The notes: generated by a model not told the origin, from the letters alone. Positions 29,338-39,718 are shown, numbered from the stretch's first letter. The stretch: DNA of 64,000 nt from Vulcanimicrobiota bacterium (GCA_963777315.1 CAVZQC010000002.1:736001-800000), one strand, 5' to 3'. Made by a program: numbers and translations.

Positions 29338-29793
29338 GTGGTGGGCGTTGCAATCGTCGCCGGTTTCGCCAACCGCGATCGGCTGCGGTTGAAGATCGCT
29401 TCGGTCACGCCGAGCGTCGCTCCAAAGAGCGCGCAGGCACCTCCGCCTTCCAAGCGCAAGAGCAGCGCGTTTTCGGGCGAGGCTCCGTGGGCGCTTTCGG
29501 CGCTGCCCGAATGTTTTCAGCAAACGAGTAAATCGACCGGGCCCCGCGCGTACGTGCTCGCGCATTTGCCGGCGGGCTCCGCCGCAGTCGTCTCCGGAGA
29601 AAGCTTGACGTTTTCGGACTGCACCGTGAACGTGCGCGGCGAAGCGATCGACGTACAGCGGGGAGCCGACCGCCTGCGCGTTCCGCCGCCCGCGCGGTTG
29701 TACCGTTCCGGTACGGTGCTGTCCATTTTGCGAGGCAACGAAGGCGGATATGAATTGCGGACGTATCTTACGGGCGAGTCCATGAAGCTATGA
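29338..29793 (+). CDS. Membrane-anchored hypothetical protein
   Basis: N-terminal hydrophobic anchor; the real start may be upstream (about 29302); ATGA overlap with prfC. Confidence 0.55.
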   Translation: MVGVAIVAGFANRDRLRLKIASVTPSVAPKSAQAPPPSKRKSSAFSGEAPWALSALPECFQQTSKSTGPRAYVLAHLPAGSAAVVSGESLTFSDCTVNVRGEAIDVQRGADRLRVPPPARLYRSGTVLSILRGNEGGYELRTYLTGESMKL

Positions 29794-31463
29794 ACATCGA
29801 GCAGGAAGTGCAACGGCGCCGCACGTTCGCGATCATCTCGCACCCGGACGCCGGCAAAACCACGCTCACCGAGAAGCTGCTGCTGTACGGGGGCGCCATT
29901 CAAACCGCGGGGCAGGTGTCGGCGCGTCGCGCCCAGCGCGCTGCGACCAGCGATTGGATGGAGCTGGAAAAACAGCGCGGCATCTCGATCACGTCAACCG
30001 TTCTGCAGTTTCCGTACGGCGGCTATACGATCAATTTACTCGACACCCCGGGCCACCAGGATTTCGGCGAAGACACGTACCGCACGCTGCTCGCGGCGGA
30101 CAGCGCCGTGATGCTGATCGACGCGGCGAAAGGCGTCGAGCCGCAGACCAAAAAACTATTTGCGATCTGCAGGGCGCGCGGTATTCCGCTGTTCACGTTC
30201 GTCAACAAAATGGATCGTCCCAGCCGGGATCCTCTCGAACTGCTCGACGAGCTGGAAAGCGTGTTGGGCATCGGAGCGTTTCCCATGAATTGGCCGCTTG
30301 GCAACGGGCCCTCGTTCAAAGGCGTGTACGATCGCCGCGATCGCGAAGTGCATCTGTTCGAACGTACTGCCCACGGCGCCAAGCGCGCGCAGATGCAGGT
30401 TGCCGACATGGACGATCCGCTCATACGGCAGCTGCTCGACGAGCTATCCTGGAAGGAGTTTCGCGACAGCCTGGATTTGCTCGAAGGCGCGGGATCGGAG
30501 TTCGACGCGCAGGCGATGCTCGACGGCCTGATAACGCCGGTCTTTTTCGGCAGCGCAGTGACCAATTTCGGCGTGCAGCCGTTTTTGGATCGCTTCGTCG
30601 CCATGGCGCCCGCGCCCGCCCCGCGGCGCGTAACCGGCACGGCGGCACAAGCCGACGTCGCGAACGGCATGCTTTCAACGACGTCCGGCCGCTTTTCGGG
30701 TTTCGTTTTCAAGATTCAAGCCAACATGGACCCACGCCATCGCGACCGCGTTGCATTCGTGCGCGTTTGTTCGGGCAAATTCGAGCGCGATATGATCGTG
30801 CGCAATGCCCGCACCGGCAAAGAGGTGCGCCTTTCGCGCGCGATGCGATTGTTTGCCAGCGAAAGAGAGTCGCTGGAGGCAGCCTACGCCGGCGACGTCG
30901 TCGGCCTCGTCAATCCGGGCTCGTTCGCCATTGGCGACACGCTTTCCGAACCTGCTGAGTCCGGGCGGCAGGACGCCCTCGCATTCGAGCCGATGCCGGC
31001 CTTTGCTCCGGAATACTTCGCGTCCGTGCGCAGCACGGAAAGCGCAGCGTACAAATCGTTCGGCAAGGGCATCGCGCAACTGCGCGAGGAAGGCGCCGTG
31101 CAGGTGATGTATCCGCTGGGTTCCATGCGAACCGAACCCATTCTGGCAGCGGTCGGCGCGCTGCAGTTCGAGGTCGCGCGCTATCGGCTGCAGTCCGAAT
31201 ACAACGTGAAGACGGTATTGACCATGCTGCCCTTTAGTCTGGCGCGCCGCGTCTACGGCGAGGCGGATCGCATTGCGCTCGCGCAGATGCCGTCCAACGC
31301 CAAACTGGTCGAAGACTGGGACGGCAATGCCGTGGCCCTGTTTGAATCGGAGTGGAGCTTGCGTTTGGCTCAGGAGTGGAATCCGCAGCTGCGCTTCGCA
31401 GACTCCTCACTCTCTACCGATTTACCCGCGCGCGCGGGTACGAGGCTGCAAAGCGCTTCATGA
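29790..31463 (+). CDS. prfC: Peptide chain release factor 3
   Basis: RRTFAIISHPDAGKTT, DTPGHQDF, FKIQANMDPRHRDR. Confidence 0.97.
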   Translation: MNIEQEVQRRRTFAIISHPDAGKTTLTEKLLLYGGAIQTAGQVSARRAQRAATSDWMELEKQRGISITSTVLQFPYGGYTINLLDTPGHQDFGEDTYRTLLAADSAVMLIDAAKGVEPQTKKLFAICRARGIPLFTFVNKMDRPSRDPLELLDELESVLGIGAFPMNWPLGNGPSFKGVYDRRDREVHLFERTAHGAKRAQMQVADMDDPLIRQLLDELSWKEFRDSLDLLEGAGSEFDAQAMLDGLITPVFFGSAVTNFGVQPFLDRFVAMAPAPAPRRVTGTAAQADVANGMLSTTSGRFSGFVFKIQANMDPRHRDRVAFVRVCSGKFERDMIVRNARTGKEVRLSRAMRLFASERESLEAAYAGDVVGLVNPGSFAIGDTLSEPAESGRQDALAFEPMPAFAPEYFASVRSTESAAYKSFGKGIAQLREEGAVQVMYPLGSMRTEPILAAVGALQFEVARYRLQSEYNVKTVLTMLPFSLARRVYGEADRIALAQMPSNAKLVEDWDGNAVALFESEWSLRLAQEWNPQLRFADSSLSTDLPARAGTRLQSAS

Positions 31464-31834
31464 GATATCTTGCACTCGCGCTGATAGCGCTTACCATTGC
31501 GGGCTGTTCGGGGCAAAATCGCAACGAACGAGAAGCCGACAAGATAACGCGCGCCGTTCTCAACAACGACATGCGGCCGGTCATGGGGGACCTCGATCCC
31601 GCCATAAAGGGACAGGTTACGCGCGTGAAAGTCGCCGAGCTTTCCGACGAGCTCAACGAACAAGGCGCATATCAGGGCCTCAAGCAGACCACCGCGGCAT
31701 GGTGCGATCGGCCCGGCTTGCTCTGCTTCGACGTGAAGTTTGAAAAGCGGCCCTATCGCGAGGTCATGAAGGTCGGCTCCGACGGAAAGGTTCAGTACTG
31801 GTGGATGCACGCGGCGCCACAGCCGAGCACGTAA
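31460..31834 (+). CDS. Small lipoprotein
   Basis: MRYLALALIALTIAGC lipobox. Confidence 0.7.
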   Translation: MRYLALALIALTIAGCSGQNRNEREADKITRAVLNNDMRPVMGDLDPAIKGQVTRVKVAELSDELNEQGAYQGLKQTTAAWCDRPGLLCFDVKFEKRPYREVMKVGSDGKVQYWWMHAAPQPST

Positions 31835-32778
31835 CTCTCGACGACGTGCGCGCGGCGGCGCGCCGTCTGCAGGATGTCGCCCATCGCACGCCCGTTTTGA
31901 CTTCACGCACGCTGGATGCGCTGTGCGGGGCGCGCGTGTTTCTCAAATGTGAGAACTTTCAACGCATGGGCGCGTTCAAGTTTCGCGGAGCATACAATCG
32001 CATCGTCCAATTGAATCAGGCACAGCGGCGCGCGGGCGTGGTCGCGTTTTCCAGCGGCAATCACGCGCAAGGGGTAGCGCTGGCGAGCTCGCTGCTCGGC
32101 GTTCCGGCCACGATCGTGATGCCCGAGGATGCGCCCGCCGCGAAGATTGCTGCGACCCGGGAGTGCGGCGCCGAGATTGTGCTTTACGATCGCCTTCGTT
32201 CGCACCGCGCACAGATTGCGCAGCAGATCTGCAGCGAGCGCGGCGCGACGCTCGTGCCTCCCTTCGACGACCCGGACATCGTCGCCGGTCAAGGTACCGC
32301 TGCGCTCGAGCTGTTCCAAGACGTGCCGGATCTTGCCGTCGTCGTCGCGCCGGTGGGCGGCGGCGGGCTGCTTTCCGGCACGGCAGTTGCGGCGCGCGGG
32401 CTCGACGCGTCGATCGAGGTTTACGGCGTCGAACCGCAGGCGGGCAACGATTTTCAGCAATCGCTGCAAGCCGGCAAACCCGTGCACATCGACGTTCCCG
32501 ATACGATTGCGGACGGACTCCAGACGCAGGCGCCGGGCGAACTGACTTTTGCGATCGTCAGCGCTCTTGCGCGCGGCATCGTTACGGTCAGCGACGACGA
32601 GCTGCGCGAAGCGATGCGCTTTGCTTTCGAACGCATGAAGATCGTGGTCGAGCCGAGCGGAGCCGCGGCGCTGGCGGCGGTAATGGCGGGCAAGGTGAAC
32701 GTGCGTGGAAAAAACGCCGGAGTCGTGATCAGCGGCGGCAACGTCGACATCGCGCGCCTGCGCTCGCTGCTCGCGTGA
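31801..32778 (+). CDS. PLP-dependent serine/threonine dehydratase family (hydroxyaspartate ammonia-lyase / serine racemase-like)
   Basis: KCENFQRMGAFKFRGA, SSGNHAQG, GGGGL, SGGN; no ACT domain. Confidence 0.9.
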   Translation: MDARGATAEHVTLDDVRAAARRLQDVAHRTPVLTSRTLDALCGARVFLKCENFQRMGAFKFRGAYNRIVQLNQAQRRAGVVAFSSGNHAQGVALASSLLGVPATIVMPEDAPAAKIAATRECGAEIVLYDRLRSHRAQIAQQICSERGATLVPPFDDPDIVAGQGTAALELFQDVPDLAVVVAPVGGGGLLSGTAVAARGLDASIEVYGVEPQAGNDFQQSLQAGKPVHIDVPDTIADGLQTQAPGELTFAIVSALARGIVTVSDDELREAMRFAFERMKIVVEPSGAAALAAVMAGKVNVRGKNAGVVISGGNVDIARLRSLLA

Positions 32779-34025
32779 TCCGCAGGCATTGGATTCCGCC
32801 CGGTGCGCTGATTTACTCTCAGCTCGCGCACGGATTTTCTTGGGCGATCCTGCTGTTCGCAGCCTGGAGCGGCCATTTGCAGGATCCGTTGTACGGGTTT
32901 GCGTGGATACACGCCGTCGCGCTGGGCTGGGCGACGATGGCCGCGCTGGCGATCTTGATCCACGCGCTGCCGAACTTCATCGACGCGCCCTGGTGCGGCG
33001 AGACTGCGGCTCGCTGGTCGCTGCTTGCATACGCTGCAGGCGTGGCGCTGATGATTTACGGGTTCATCGGCAATCCGGCAGTGCTGGCGGCGGCAGGCAG
33101 TTTGGTGCTGCTCGCGCTGATCGTGTATTTGGCGACGGCGTTCGCGACCGTCGCCGGTGCGATGCGCTCCACGAGTCAAGACGCTCGAGTGCAGCGCGCG
33201 GTCGCGCGGGCTTTCGGCACGACGTTCGTGTTTCTCGCGGCCGCAGGAGTTCTGGGTTTCGGCTTGGCGTGGATGCTGTCCGGACGCCCCGTTCCCGCGT
33301 TCGTTTCGACGCTGCCCGCGGCTCATGCCGACCTGGGAATGCTCGGCTGGCTGTCGCTGTTGATCTTCGGCGTTTCCATGCGAACGGTGCGCCCGATCAC
33401 GGGCCGGGCAACGCGCATGCGCTGGATGCATATTGCGGTCGGGTCTCTGGCGCTGCTCGGCGTGCCGCTGCTGGCAGCGGGGCTTGCGGCAGGGCTGCCG
33501 TGGCTTTCACGCGCAGGAGGCGCCTTGTTTGCGCTGGCTGCGCTGGGCTACGCGCTCGATCTGCTCGACGTGGTGCGGCGTGCGGTCAATCCGCATCGGC
33601 CGCCTCAGGCGTTTATCGTGGCCGGAGTCTTGTGGTTTCTCGCATCGCTGGCGATCGGCGCCGGCGTGCTGTTGGGCAAACCCTGGCAACAGGCTTATGG
33701 TTTCATGCTGCTGGCCGGATGGGTTGGCCAATTCGTCAACGCGCACATCTACCACATCGGGATTCGCTTGCTGGCAACGGTGTATCGCGGCGAAGACGAT
33801 GAAACGCTCCCGCAAGATCTGCTCGAATCACGCCTGTCGTGGTTTTCGTTCGTGTTTTTTCAAGCGAGCATTGCGATCGTCACCATCGCACTGCTGGGCG
33901 GCCACCCGCAGCTGGCGGCGCGTGGCGCGGTATTCGGCGCCGCCGCGTGGATCGCAATGGCGGCGAATATCGTCGCGGCGCGGTTTCGAGCGAAGATATT
34001 GCCAAAGACGATCGTCCTGGGCTAA
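32775..34025 (+). CDS. Polytopic membrane protein (~12 TM) with intramembrane His motifs
   Basis: GTGA overlap; WIHAVALGW, AAHADLGMLGW, LAGW..HIYHI. Confidence 0.75.
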   Translation: MIRRHWIPPGALIYSQLAHGFSWAILLFAAWSGHLQDPLYGFAWIHAVALGWATMAALAILIHALPNFIDAPWCGETAARWSLLAYAAGVALMIYGFIGNPAVLAAAGSLVLLALIVYLATAFATVAGAMRSTSQDARVQRAVARAFGTTFVFLAAAGVLGFGLAWMLSGRPVPAFVSTLPAAHADLGMLGWLSLLIFGVSMRTVRPITGRATRMRWMHIAVGSLALLGVPLLAAGLAAGLPWLSRAGGALFALAALGYALDLLDVVRRAVNPHRPPQAFIVAGVLWFLASLAIGAGVLLGKPWQQAYGFMLLAGWVGQFVNAHIYHIGIRLLATVYRGEDDETLPQDLLESRLSWFSFVFFQASIAIVTIALLGGHPQLAARGAVFGAAAWIAMAANIVAARFRAKILPKTIVLG

Positions 34026-34042
34026 TGGTGCCGACGGCCGTC

Positions 34043-34426
34043 CTAGGTGCGCAGATGCGTTTGCGTCGGCGGCTGAACCTGATGGGTCATGTGCATGCGC
34101 TCGTACGACAACGTCACCAGCGCAGCCACAATCGCGATCACGCCCAGCACGATGTTGCTCCAGATCATCGCCACGTCGCCGGAGAGCCACGTCGTCGAAA
34201 TGAACAGCCAGATGCCGGCCAAGATGCTCACGAACGGCCAGTAATTCATGCGCGTACCCTTGCCGAATGACGCTAATTCGGCGATAGCGATGATCCCGAT
34301 GATAAAGCCCGTGATCACCATATCCCATCTGGCGAAAGCCGAATTCGGCACGGCCACGAACGGCGAAACGATCGTCAATATGCCGACGGCGATGTTCACC
34401 CAAGGGACGCGGTTCGGAATCTCCAT
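34043..34426 (-). CDS. SPW-repeat membrane protein
   Basis: Two PW/WP..G...SP/ST..W(D/S)N repeats, 4 TM; GGAGG RBS. Confidence 0.7.
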   Translation of the reverse strand: MEIPNRVPWVNIAVGILTIVSPFVAVPNSAFARWDMVITGFIIGIIAIAELASFGKGTRMNYWPFVSILAGIWLFISTTWLSGDVAMIWSNIVLGVIAIVAALVTLSYERMHMTHQVQPPTQTHLRT

Positions 34427-34471
34427 GCTGTTCGATGCCTCCGAAGAGTATCGTACCCTCGCGCAGGCCGT

Positions 34472-35074
34472 TTAGGCAGGCGGCGCCTGCTCGCGGCCCA
34501 TCTGGTAAAATTCGTCGTTGGGACGCATGTCCATCATGCCTGCCATGCGGTTGGAAAAGCCGAAAAATGCTGCGATGGCGGCGATGTCCCAAATGTCTTC
34601 GTCGCTGAACCCGGCCAGGTGCAGCGCGTCGATCTCGTGCTCGGTCACGGCGAACCCCGGCTCGTTGACGCGCGATGCGAACGCCAGCATGGCGCGCAGG
34701 CGCGGAGGGATGTCCGCGGTGCGCCAATTGTTGGCGATTTGCTCTGCGACGATGGGATCTTTTCCTAAGATCCGCAACGCTGCGCCGTGTGCCACCATGC
34801 AATACTGGCAGCGGTTCTCCGACGAAATGGCCACGACGATCGCTTCGCGTTCGGCGCGACTCAGATTCGAAGGACCCTTCATCAAGACGTCGTGGTAGGC
34901 CATGAAGGCGCGAAAGTGATCGGGCCGGCGCGCGTATGCCCGAAAGACGTTGGGAACGAAGCCGAGCTTTTGCCGGTTGGTCTCGTAGATTTCTCGAATG
35001 TCGTCGGGAAGCGCGCCTTCGGGCGGCTCTCCGAAGCGCGAGACCGCCTTGCGCGTCTCCATATGCTGGCGCAT
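34472..35074 (-). CDS. AhpD/CMD-family peroxidase-related enzyme
   Basis: GFVPNVF, ERE.I.V.IS..NRCQYCMVAH, FFGFSNR. Confidence 0.9.
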   Translation of the reverse strand: MRQHMETRKAVSRFGEPPEGALPDDIREIYETNRQKLGFVPNVFRAYARRPDHFRAFMAYHDVLMKGPSNLSRAEREAIVVAISSENRCQYCMVAHGAALRILGKDPIVAEQIANNWRTADIPPRLRAMLAFASRVNEPGFAVTEHEIDALHLAGFSDEDIWDIAAIAAFFGFSNRMAGMMDMRPNDEFYQMGREQAPPA

Positions 35075-35077
35075 GCG

Positions 35078-37993
35078 TTATTTGATTCCTCGAGTGTGAC
35101 CCGCGGGTGTAAGGGCTTGGATTTGCCGTTCGATATCCCGGACGGCCGCAGCGGCTGCAGGCGTGGGCGCCGCGTCGGCTCCTTCCACTACGTCGAGCAG
35201 CGCGGCCAAGCGCGCGTTTAGGGCGGCATAGCGGCGATCCGTTGTGGCGCGCGCGTACGTGCGGCTCATCAGCGCGGTAATCATGGAGCCCAGATCGAAC
35301 TGCGCGCGCAGAGCACTTTGCGAAATTCGTACGCGTGGGTCCATGTCCAACCGCAGACGCCGTGTGAACGTGCGGCCGTTTGCGCTCAGCTCGATCGTGT
35401 ACGTTCCGGGCAGGGCCAGAATGCCTTGCGGAACGCGCGGCGTGTCGTGGTAAACCGCCGAAATCGGGTAGTCGTGCATGATTGAAAGCGGATCCGCGTA
35501 GCGGTAATCCCAAATGAACCGATGCATGCCCGCAGCGGTGCCCGGAATTCGCGTCGCCCGAACCCAGTACGTCGGAACGGTGATCTCCGCCGGGATTGGA
35601 ACCGGCGTATCGGAGCTGCTGTACGCGCGCACCAGCTTTCCGCTCGCGTCGTACACGGCGATGCGCACCGCAGACGGTGCGGGCAGATAATAGTCGATCG
35701 GCGCGCCGTCCGGCGGGTTTTGGCCGGCAGGCTCTTCGGGCGGAAGCGGCGTGTCGGTCCACGTGTCGCGCCGCAGCCGATAGGCCGTGGCCGGCGCAAA
35801 GAGATACCCCGCCGTCAGCTTGTCGAACGATGCATCGCGCAGTGGCGATATGTCGTCGAGAATCCAAAACGATCGCCCGTGCGTTCCGGCGACGAGGTCG
35901 TTCTTATGCACGACCAGATCGCGAATCGACGTCGAAGGCAAATTGAGCTGCAGCGATTCCCAGCGGTCGCCGTCGTCGAACGAAACGTAGACCGTGCGTT
36001 CGGTGCCCGCAAACAGCAAGCCGCGCCGTACGGGATCGTCCCGAACGGTATTGACGGGTGCGTCGGAGGGCAAGCCGGCGGTGATGCGCTGCCAATGCCG
36101 TCCGGCGTCGTGCGTGCGGTAGATGTACGGACGCATGTCGTCCAGCCGCATGCGCGTAACCGAAACGTACGCGGTCGCGGCGTCGAAATGCGAGGGATCG
36201 ATCTGCGATACTTTGTTCCACGCGCCTACCCCCGCCGGCGTAACGTTGCGCCAGTGCGCGCCGCCGTCGGAAGTGATCCACACCAAGCCGTCGTCCGTTC
36301 CCGCCCAAATCGTTCGAGCGTCGGTGTAGGAAGGTGCGATGCTGTACACCACGCCGCGCTCGGGTTTACCCAGCGGCGTGCGCGCGAACGCGCCGAGATT
36401 CGCCGGTGCGCCCGGATTGGCGCGCGTGAGATCGGGGCTGACGATTCGCCAGTTCCGGCCTGCGTCGCGCGTGGCGAAGATGACGTTCGAACCCAGATAC
36501 AGCGTACGCTTGTCCACGCGGTTGAAGACGAGCGGGTTGGTGCGGTTGTACCGAAAGCCGCGTACGAAGAATCTGCCGCCGAAAACCGGCGACACGACCT
36601 GCGTTTGCTGCGTTCGCTCATCGTAGCGCGAGACGGTTCCCGCGCCCGCGCCGTAGATCAGGTACGGGTGGCGCGGATCGGGAGCGATGTAGGCATATTC
36701 CTGGGCGCCGACCGGGTGCCAGTAGCGGCTCCATATCCGGCCGTCCTCGCTGCGGCTTGCAACTTCGGCGCTGCCGCTTTCCTGTTGACCGCCGAAAACC
36801 CAGTACGGAAAACGGTCGTCGGTGATCACGTGGTAGAACTGTCCGGACGGCTGGTTGTACCACGTGCTCCAGGTTTGTCCGTAATTCACCGAAAGCGTCG
36901 CGCCTTGATCGCTGCCCAGGAAGATGACGTTGCGATCCGTCGGATCGATCCAAATGGTGTGATAATCGTCGCCGCCCGGAGCGCCTTTGATGCCGGTCCA
37001 CGTTTTGCCCGCGTCGGCGGAACGATACGTGGTGGTGTTGGCGACGTACACGACGTCGGGTTGTACCGGATCTACCGCTATGCCTGAGAAATCGTCTCCG
37101 CGCCCGCAGATGCGATCCTCGGCATTGACTTTGGTCCAGCTGCCGCCCGCGTCGTCGGAACGAAAGATGCCGCAACCGGTCGCAAAATTCACCCATGCGT
37201 ACAGCCGGTTGGAATCGGCGGGCGACACCGCGATGCCGGCTCGGCCCAAACCGTTCGGTAATCCCACGCGAAGCTGCGACCAGGTCGTTCCGCCGTCGGT
37301 GGACTTGTAGATGCCGCCGTCTTGGTACAACTGCAGCGAATCTTCCAGTCGCCAAGGCGGATTGCGCGAAGCCCATAGACTGGCGTAGACGGTCTGCGGG
37401 TGATTCGGATCGATCGCTACCGCGGCGGCGCCGGTGTTTTCATCCTTGCCCAACACCTTTTGCCACGTGGCGCCGCCGTCGCGGCTGCGGTACACGCCGC
37501 GCTCTTGGTTCGGTCCATACGGATGGCCCATAACAGCGGCAAACACGACGTTGGGATCGCGCGGGTCCACCGCCAGCCCGTTGATCTGCTGCGCATCGCG
37601 CAAGCCCAAATGCGTCCAGCTTTTTCCGCCGTCGGCCGACTTGTAAATACCGTCGCCTACCGAGAGGTCGGGACGGCGCAGACCTTCACCCGAACCAACG
37701 TACACAACGTTTGCGTCGCTTGGGGCGACGGCCAGCGCGCCTACCGATCCGGTGTCTTGTCCGTCGAAGATCGGATTCCAGGTGCGTCCGTAATCGGTGC
37801 TCTTCCATACGCCGCCGTCGGTAGGTGCCATATAAAAAACGCCGCGCTGCGAAGGCACCCCCGAAACTGCAACGGTTCGGCCGCCGCGAAAGGGTCCGAT
37901 CGAACGCCACTGCAGCGCGTCATACGGACGCACCGCAGCACCTAAAAGCACAGCTGCGGCGGCTGCCGCTACAAGCAAACGACCAGCGGGCAT
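35078..37993 (-). CDS. Secreted BNR/VPS10-like repeat glycosyl hydrolase
   Basis: Signal peptide, WRSIGPFRGGR, many S.D.G.TW Asp-box repeats. Confidence 0.88.
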   Translation of the reverse strand: MPAGRLLVAAAAAAVLLGAAVRPYDALQWRSIGPFRGGRTVAVSGVPSQRGVFYMAPTDGGVWKSTDYGRTWNPIFDGQDTGSVGALAVAPSDANVVYVGSGEGLRRPDLSVGDGIYKSADGGKSWTHLGLRDAQQINGLAVDPRDPNVVFAAVMGHPYGPNQERGVYRSRDGGATWQKVLGKDENTGAAAVAIDPNHPQTVYASLWASRNPPWRLEDSLQLYQDGGIYKSTDGGTTWSQLRVGLPNGLGRAGIAVSPADSNRLYAWVNFATGCGIFRSDDAGGSWTKVNAEDRICGRGDDFSGIAVDPVQPDVVYVANTTTYRSADAGKTWTGIKGAPGGDDYHTIWIDPTDRNVIFLGSDQGATLSVNYGQTWSTWYNQPSGQFYHVITDDRFPYWVFGGQQESGSAEVASRSEDGRIWSRYWHPVGAQEYAYIAPDPRHPYLIYGAGAGTVSRYDERTQQTQVVSPVFGGRFFVRGFRYNRTNPLVFNRVDKRTLYLGSNVIFATRDAGRNWRIVSPDLTRANPGAPANLGAFARTPLGKPERGVVYSIAPSYTDARTIWAGTDDGLVWITSDGGAHWRNVTPAGVGAWNKVSQIDPSHFDAATAYVSVTRMRLDDMRPYIYRTHDAGRHWQRITAGLPSDAPVNTVRDDPVRRGLLFAGTERTVYVSFDDGDRWESLQLNLPSTSIRDLVVHKNDLVAGTHGRSFWILDDISPLRDASFDKLTAGYLFAPATAYRLRRDTWTDTPLPPEEPAGQNPPDGAPIDYYLPAPSAVRIAVYDASGKLVRAYSSSDTPVPIPAEITVPTYWVRATRIPGTAAGMHRFIWDYRYADPLSIMHDYPISAVYHDTPRVPQGILALPGTYTIELSANGRTFTRRLRLDMDPRVRISQSALRAQFDLGSMITALMSRTYARATTDRRYAALNARLAALLDVVEGADAAPTPAAAAAVRDIERQIQALTPAGHTRGIK

Positions 37994-38008
37994 ACGCCGC
38001 GTTTTGTT

Positions 38009-38686
38009 TTATCTGGGTCCGGTCCCTCTGCGGCGGCGTTTGGGTTGGAACGGGCTGCCGATTTTTATCCGGTCGGTGCGCGGAATCGCGTCGTTGACGT
38101 CCTGGCAGCCGATTGGGGTGAAGTCGCGGCAATCGCCGGGCCGGCCTTCGTAGATTCCGCAGTAAAAGCGACCGGGGCGCGCTTGTTTGAGAAACACGCA
38201 CTGGTCGGCGACGTCGTCGGACACTTTGCGAAGCCATCCGACATAATACGCGTCGGCGGATTTTCGCTTGACGACGTACTCGTCCATGACTTCTTTTGCC
38301 GAGACATTCAAAAACCGTGCAATTCGATCGACGTCCTCTCGGCTCACGAACGGCTCGTACCCGCTGCAGCATTCCGCGCACCCGGGGGGGCAGGCGACGT
38401 TGTCCGGCAGATCCTTGTGATGTTTGCGCGCAAGATCGATCACCCGCGCGATTGCCGCGACCATCTCGGCATCGTCGTTATATTTGTATTCCCATTCGCG
38501 CTGCGTGACTTCGTTGGCGTTGTAGTAGCGCGTGATCGTTTGGTTGTAGGTGACGGTGATGTGCTCTTCGTCTATTTCGATTTTCTTGACGCGCGCAATC
38601 GGCTGCGTGTCGAGCAGCTCCGGGTGCGTGGGCTGGCCGGTCTCGCGCGTGTAATTGCGCAGGGCGATGAGATCGATCGTTTCCAT
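38009..38686 (-). CDS. YkgJ-family cysteine-cluster (Zn/Fe-chelating) protein
   Basis: CPPGCAECC..CVFL..CGIYEGRPGDCRDF. Confidence 0.8.
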   Translation of the reverse strand: METIDLIALRNYTRETGQPTHPELLDTQPIARVKKIEIDEEHITVTYNQTITRYYNANEVTQREWEYKYNDDAEMVAAIARVIDLARKHHKDLPDNVACPPGCAECCSGYEPFVSREDVDRIARFLNVSAKEVMDEYVVKRKSADAYYVGWLRKVSDDVADQCVFLKQARPGRFYCGIYEGRPGDCRDFTPIGCQDVNDAIPRTDRIKIGSPFQPKRRRRGTGPR

Positions 38687-38746
38687 GGCAATAGGGGCTT
38701 CGACAATCGGCAAGAAACAGCCCCCGACCGGGAGGCAGGAAGAAGC

Positions 38747-39718
38747 GTGCACAAGGCAATCGGCGTCGATTTGGGCGGTTCCCACACCACTGCGGCCGTC
38801 GTGCAGGATGACGGCTCGATCCTGAGCCAGCACGAGCAGGACGTGACCGATCGTTCGTTCGACGCGGTGATCGACGCGTTGGCCAACGTCATCGGCGCGG
38901 CTCTGAAGGAAGTCAAGGCCAAGGAGCTGGTGGGCATCGGCGTCGGTTCGCCCGGCAACCTCGATATGGACACCGGCGCGGTGCTGTACTCGCCGAATTT
39001 TCTGTGGCATAACGTGCCGCTCGGCCAGCGGCTGCGCGAACGTTTCGATGTGCCGATCTTCATCGCGAACGATGCGCGCTGCGCGACGCTTGGCGAGTAC
39101 ACGTTCGGCACCGGCAAGGGCACCAAGGATTTCGTGCTGCTCACGATCGGCACGGGGATCGGCGGCGGGATCGTTTCCGGCTCTCAGCTGCTCATCGGCA
39201 ATCGCGCCGGAGCCGGGGAGATGGGACATCATCAAATCCGCCCGACCGACGGCTTCATCTGCGGATGCGGTAAGATCGGCTGTTTCGAAGCGCAAGCATC
39301 GGGCACGGGGCTGGTGCGCCATGCGTTCGCCGTTGCACCGTCGTTCCCGCGCAGCACGCTGCTTTCCAAAAGTCCGGACAAGCTCGGTTCCAAATCGATC
39401 CGCCGCGCGGCGCAGGCCGGCGACGCGCACGCGCTGGCCGCATGGAGAAATTTTGCCGCCGACCTCGCGCTGGGCGTGGCGAACGCGATCGCGTTCGTCA
39501 ACCCGCAGATAGTGGCCATCGGCGGCGGCGTAAGCACGGCCGGCGACTTCATGCTCGACGCCATCCGCGACCGCGTCGAAGAACTTACCGTAATGGTTCC
39601 CAGGGGCACCACCGATCTCGTCATCGCGCAGCTGGGCAATGACGCCGGGCAAGTCGGCGCTGCGACGATGGCGCTTCGCGGCGGCTTGACGACCGGATAT
39701 GCGCCCGCACCCGGTTAA
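38747..39718 (+). CDS. ROK-family sugar kinase (glucokinase-like)
   Basis: GVDLGGS, NDA, GTGIGGG, GEMGH, CGCGKIGCFE. Confidence 0.92.
   Translation: MHKAIGVDLGGSHTTAAVVQDDGSILSQHEQDVTDRSFDAVIDALANVIGAALKEVKAKELVGIGVGSPGNLDMDTGAVLYSPNFLWHNVPLGQRLRERFDVPIFIANDARCATLGEYTFGTGKGTKDFVLLTIGTGIGGGIVSGSQLLIGNRAGAGEMGHHQIRPTDGFICGCGKIGCFEAQASGTGLVRHAFAVAPSFPRSTLLSKSPDKLGSKSIRRAAQAGDAHALAAWRNFAADLALGVANAIAFVNPQIVAIGGGVSTAGDFMLDAIRDRVEELTVMVPRGTTDLVIAQLGNDAGQVGAATMALRGGLTTGYAPAPG

Noticed and set aside
32163..32774. 620-aa version of the membrane protein
   Set aside because: The Arg-rich extension is an alternative frame of the dehydratase gene
38045..39652. Long overlapping 547/557-aa ORFs suggesting fused proteins
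   Set aside because: Antisense read-through in high-GC DNA; the real genes are the divergent YkgJ-type (start 38686) and ROK kinase (start 38747)
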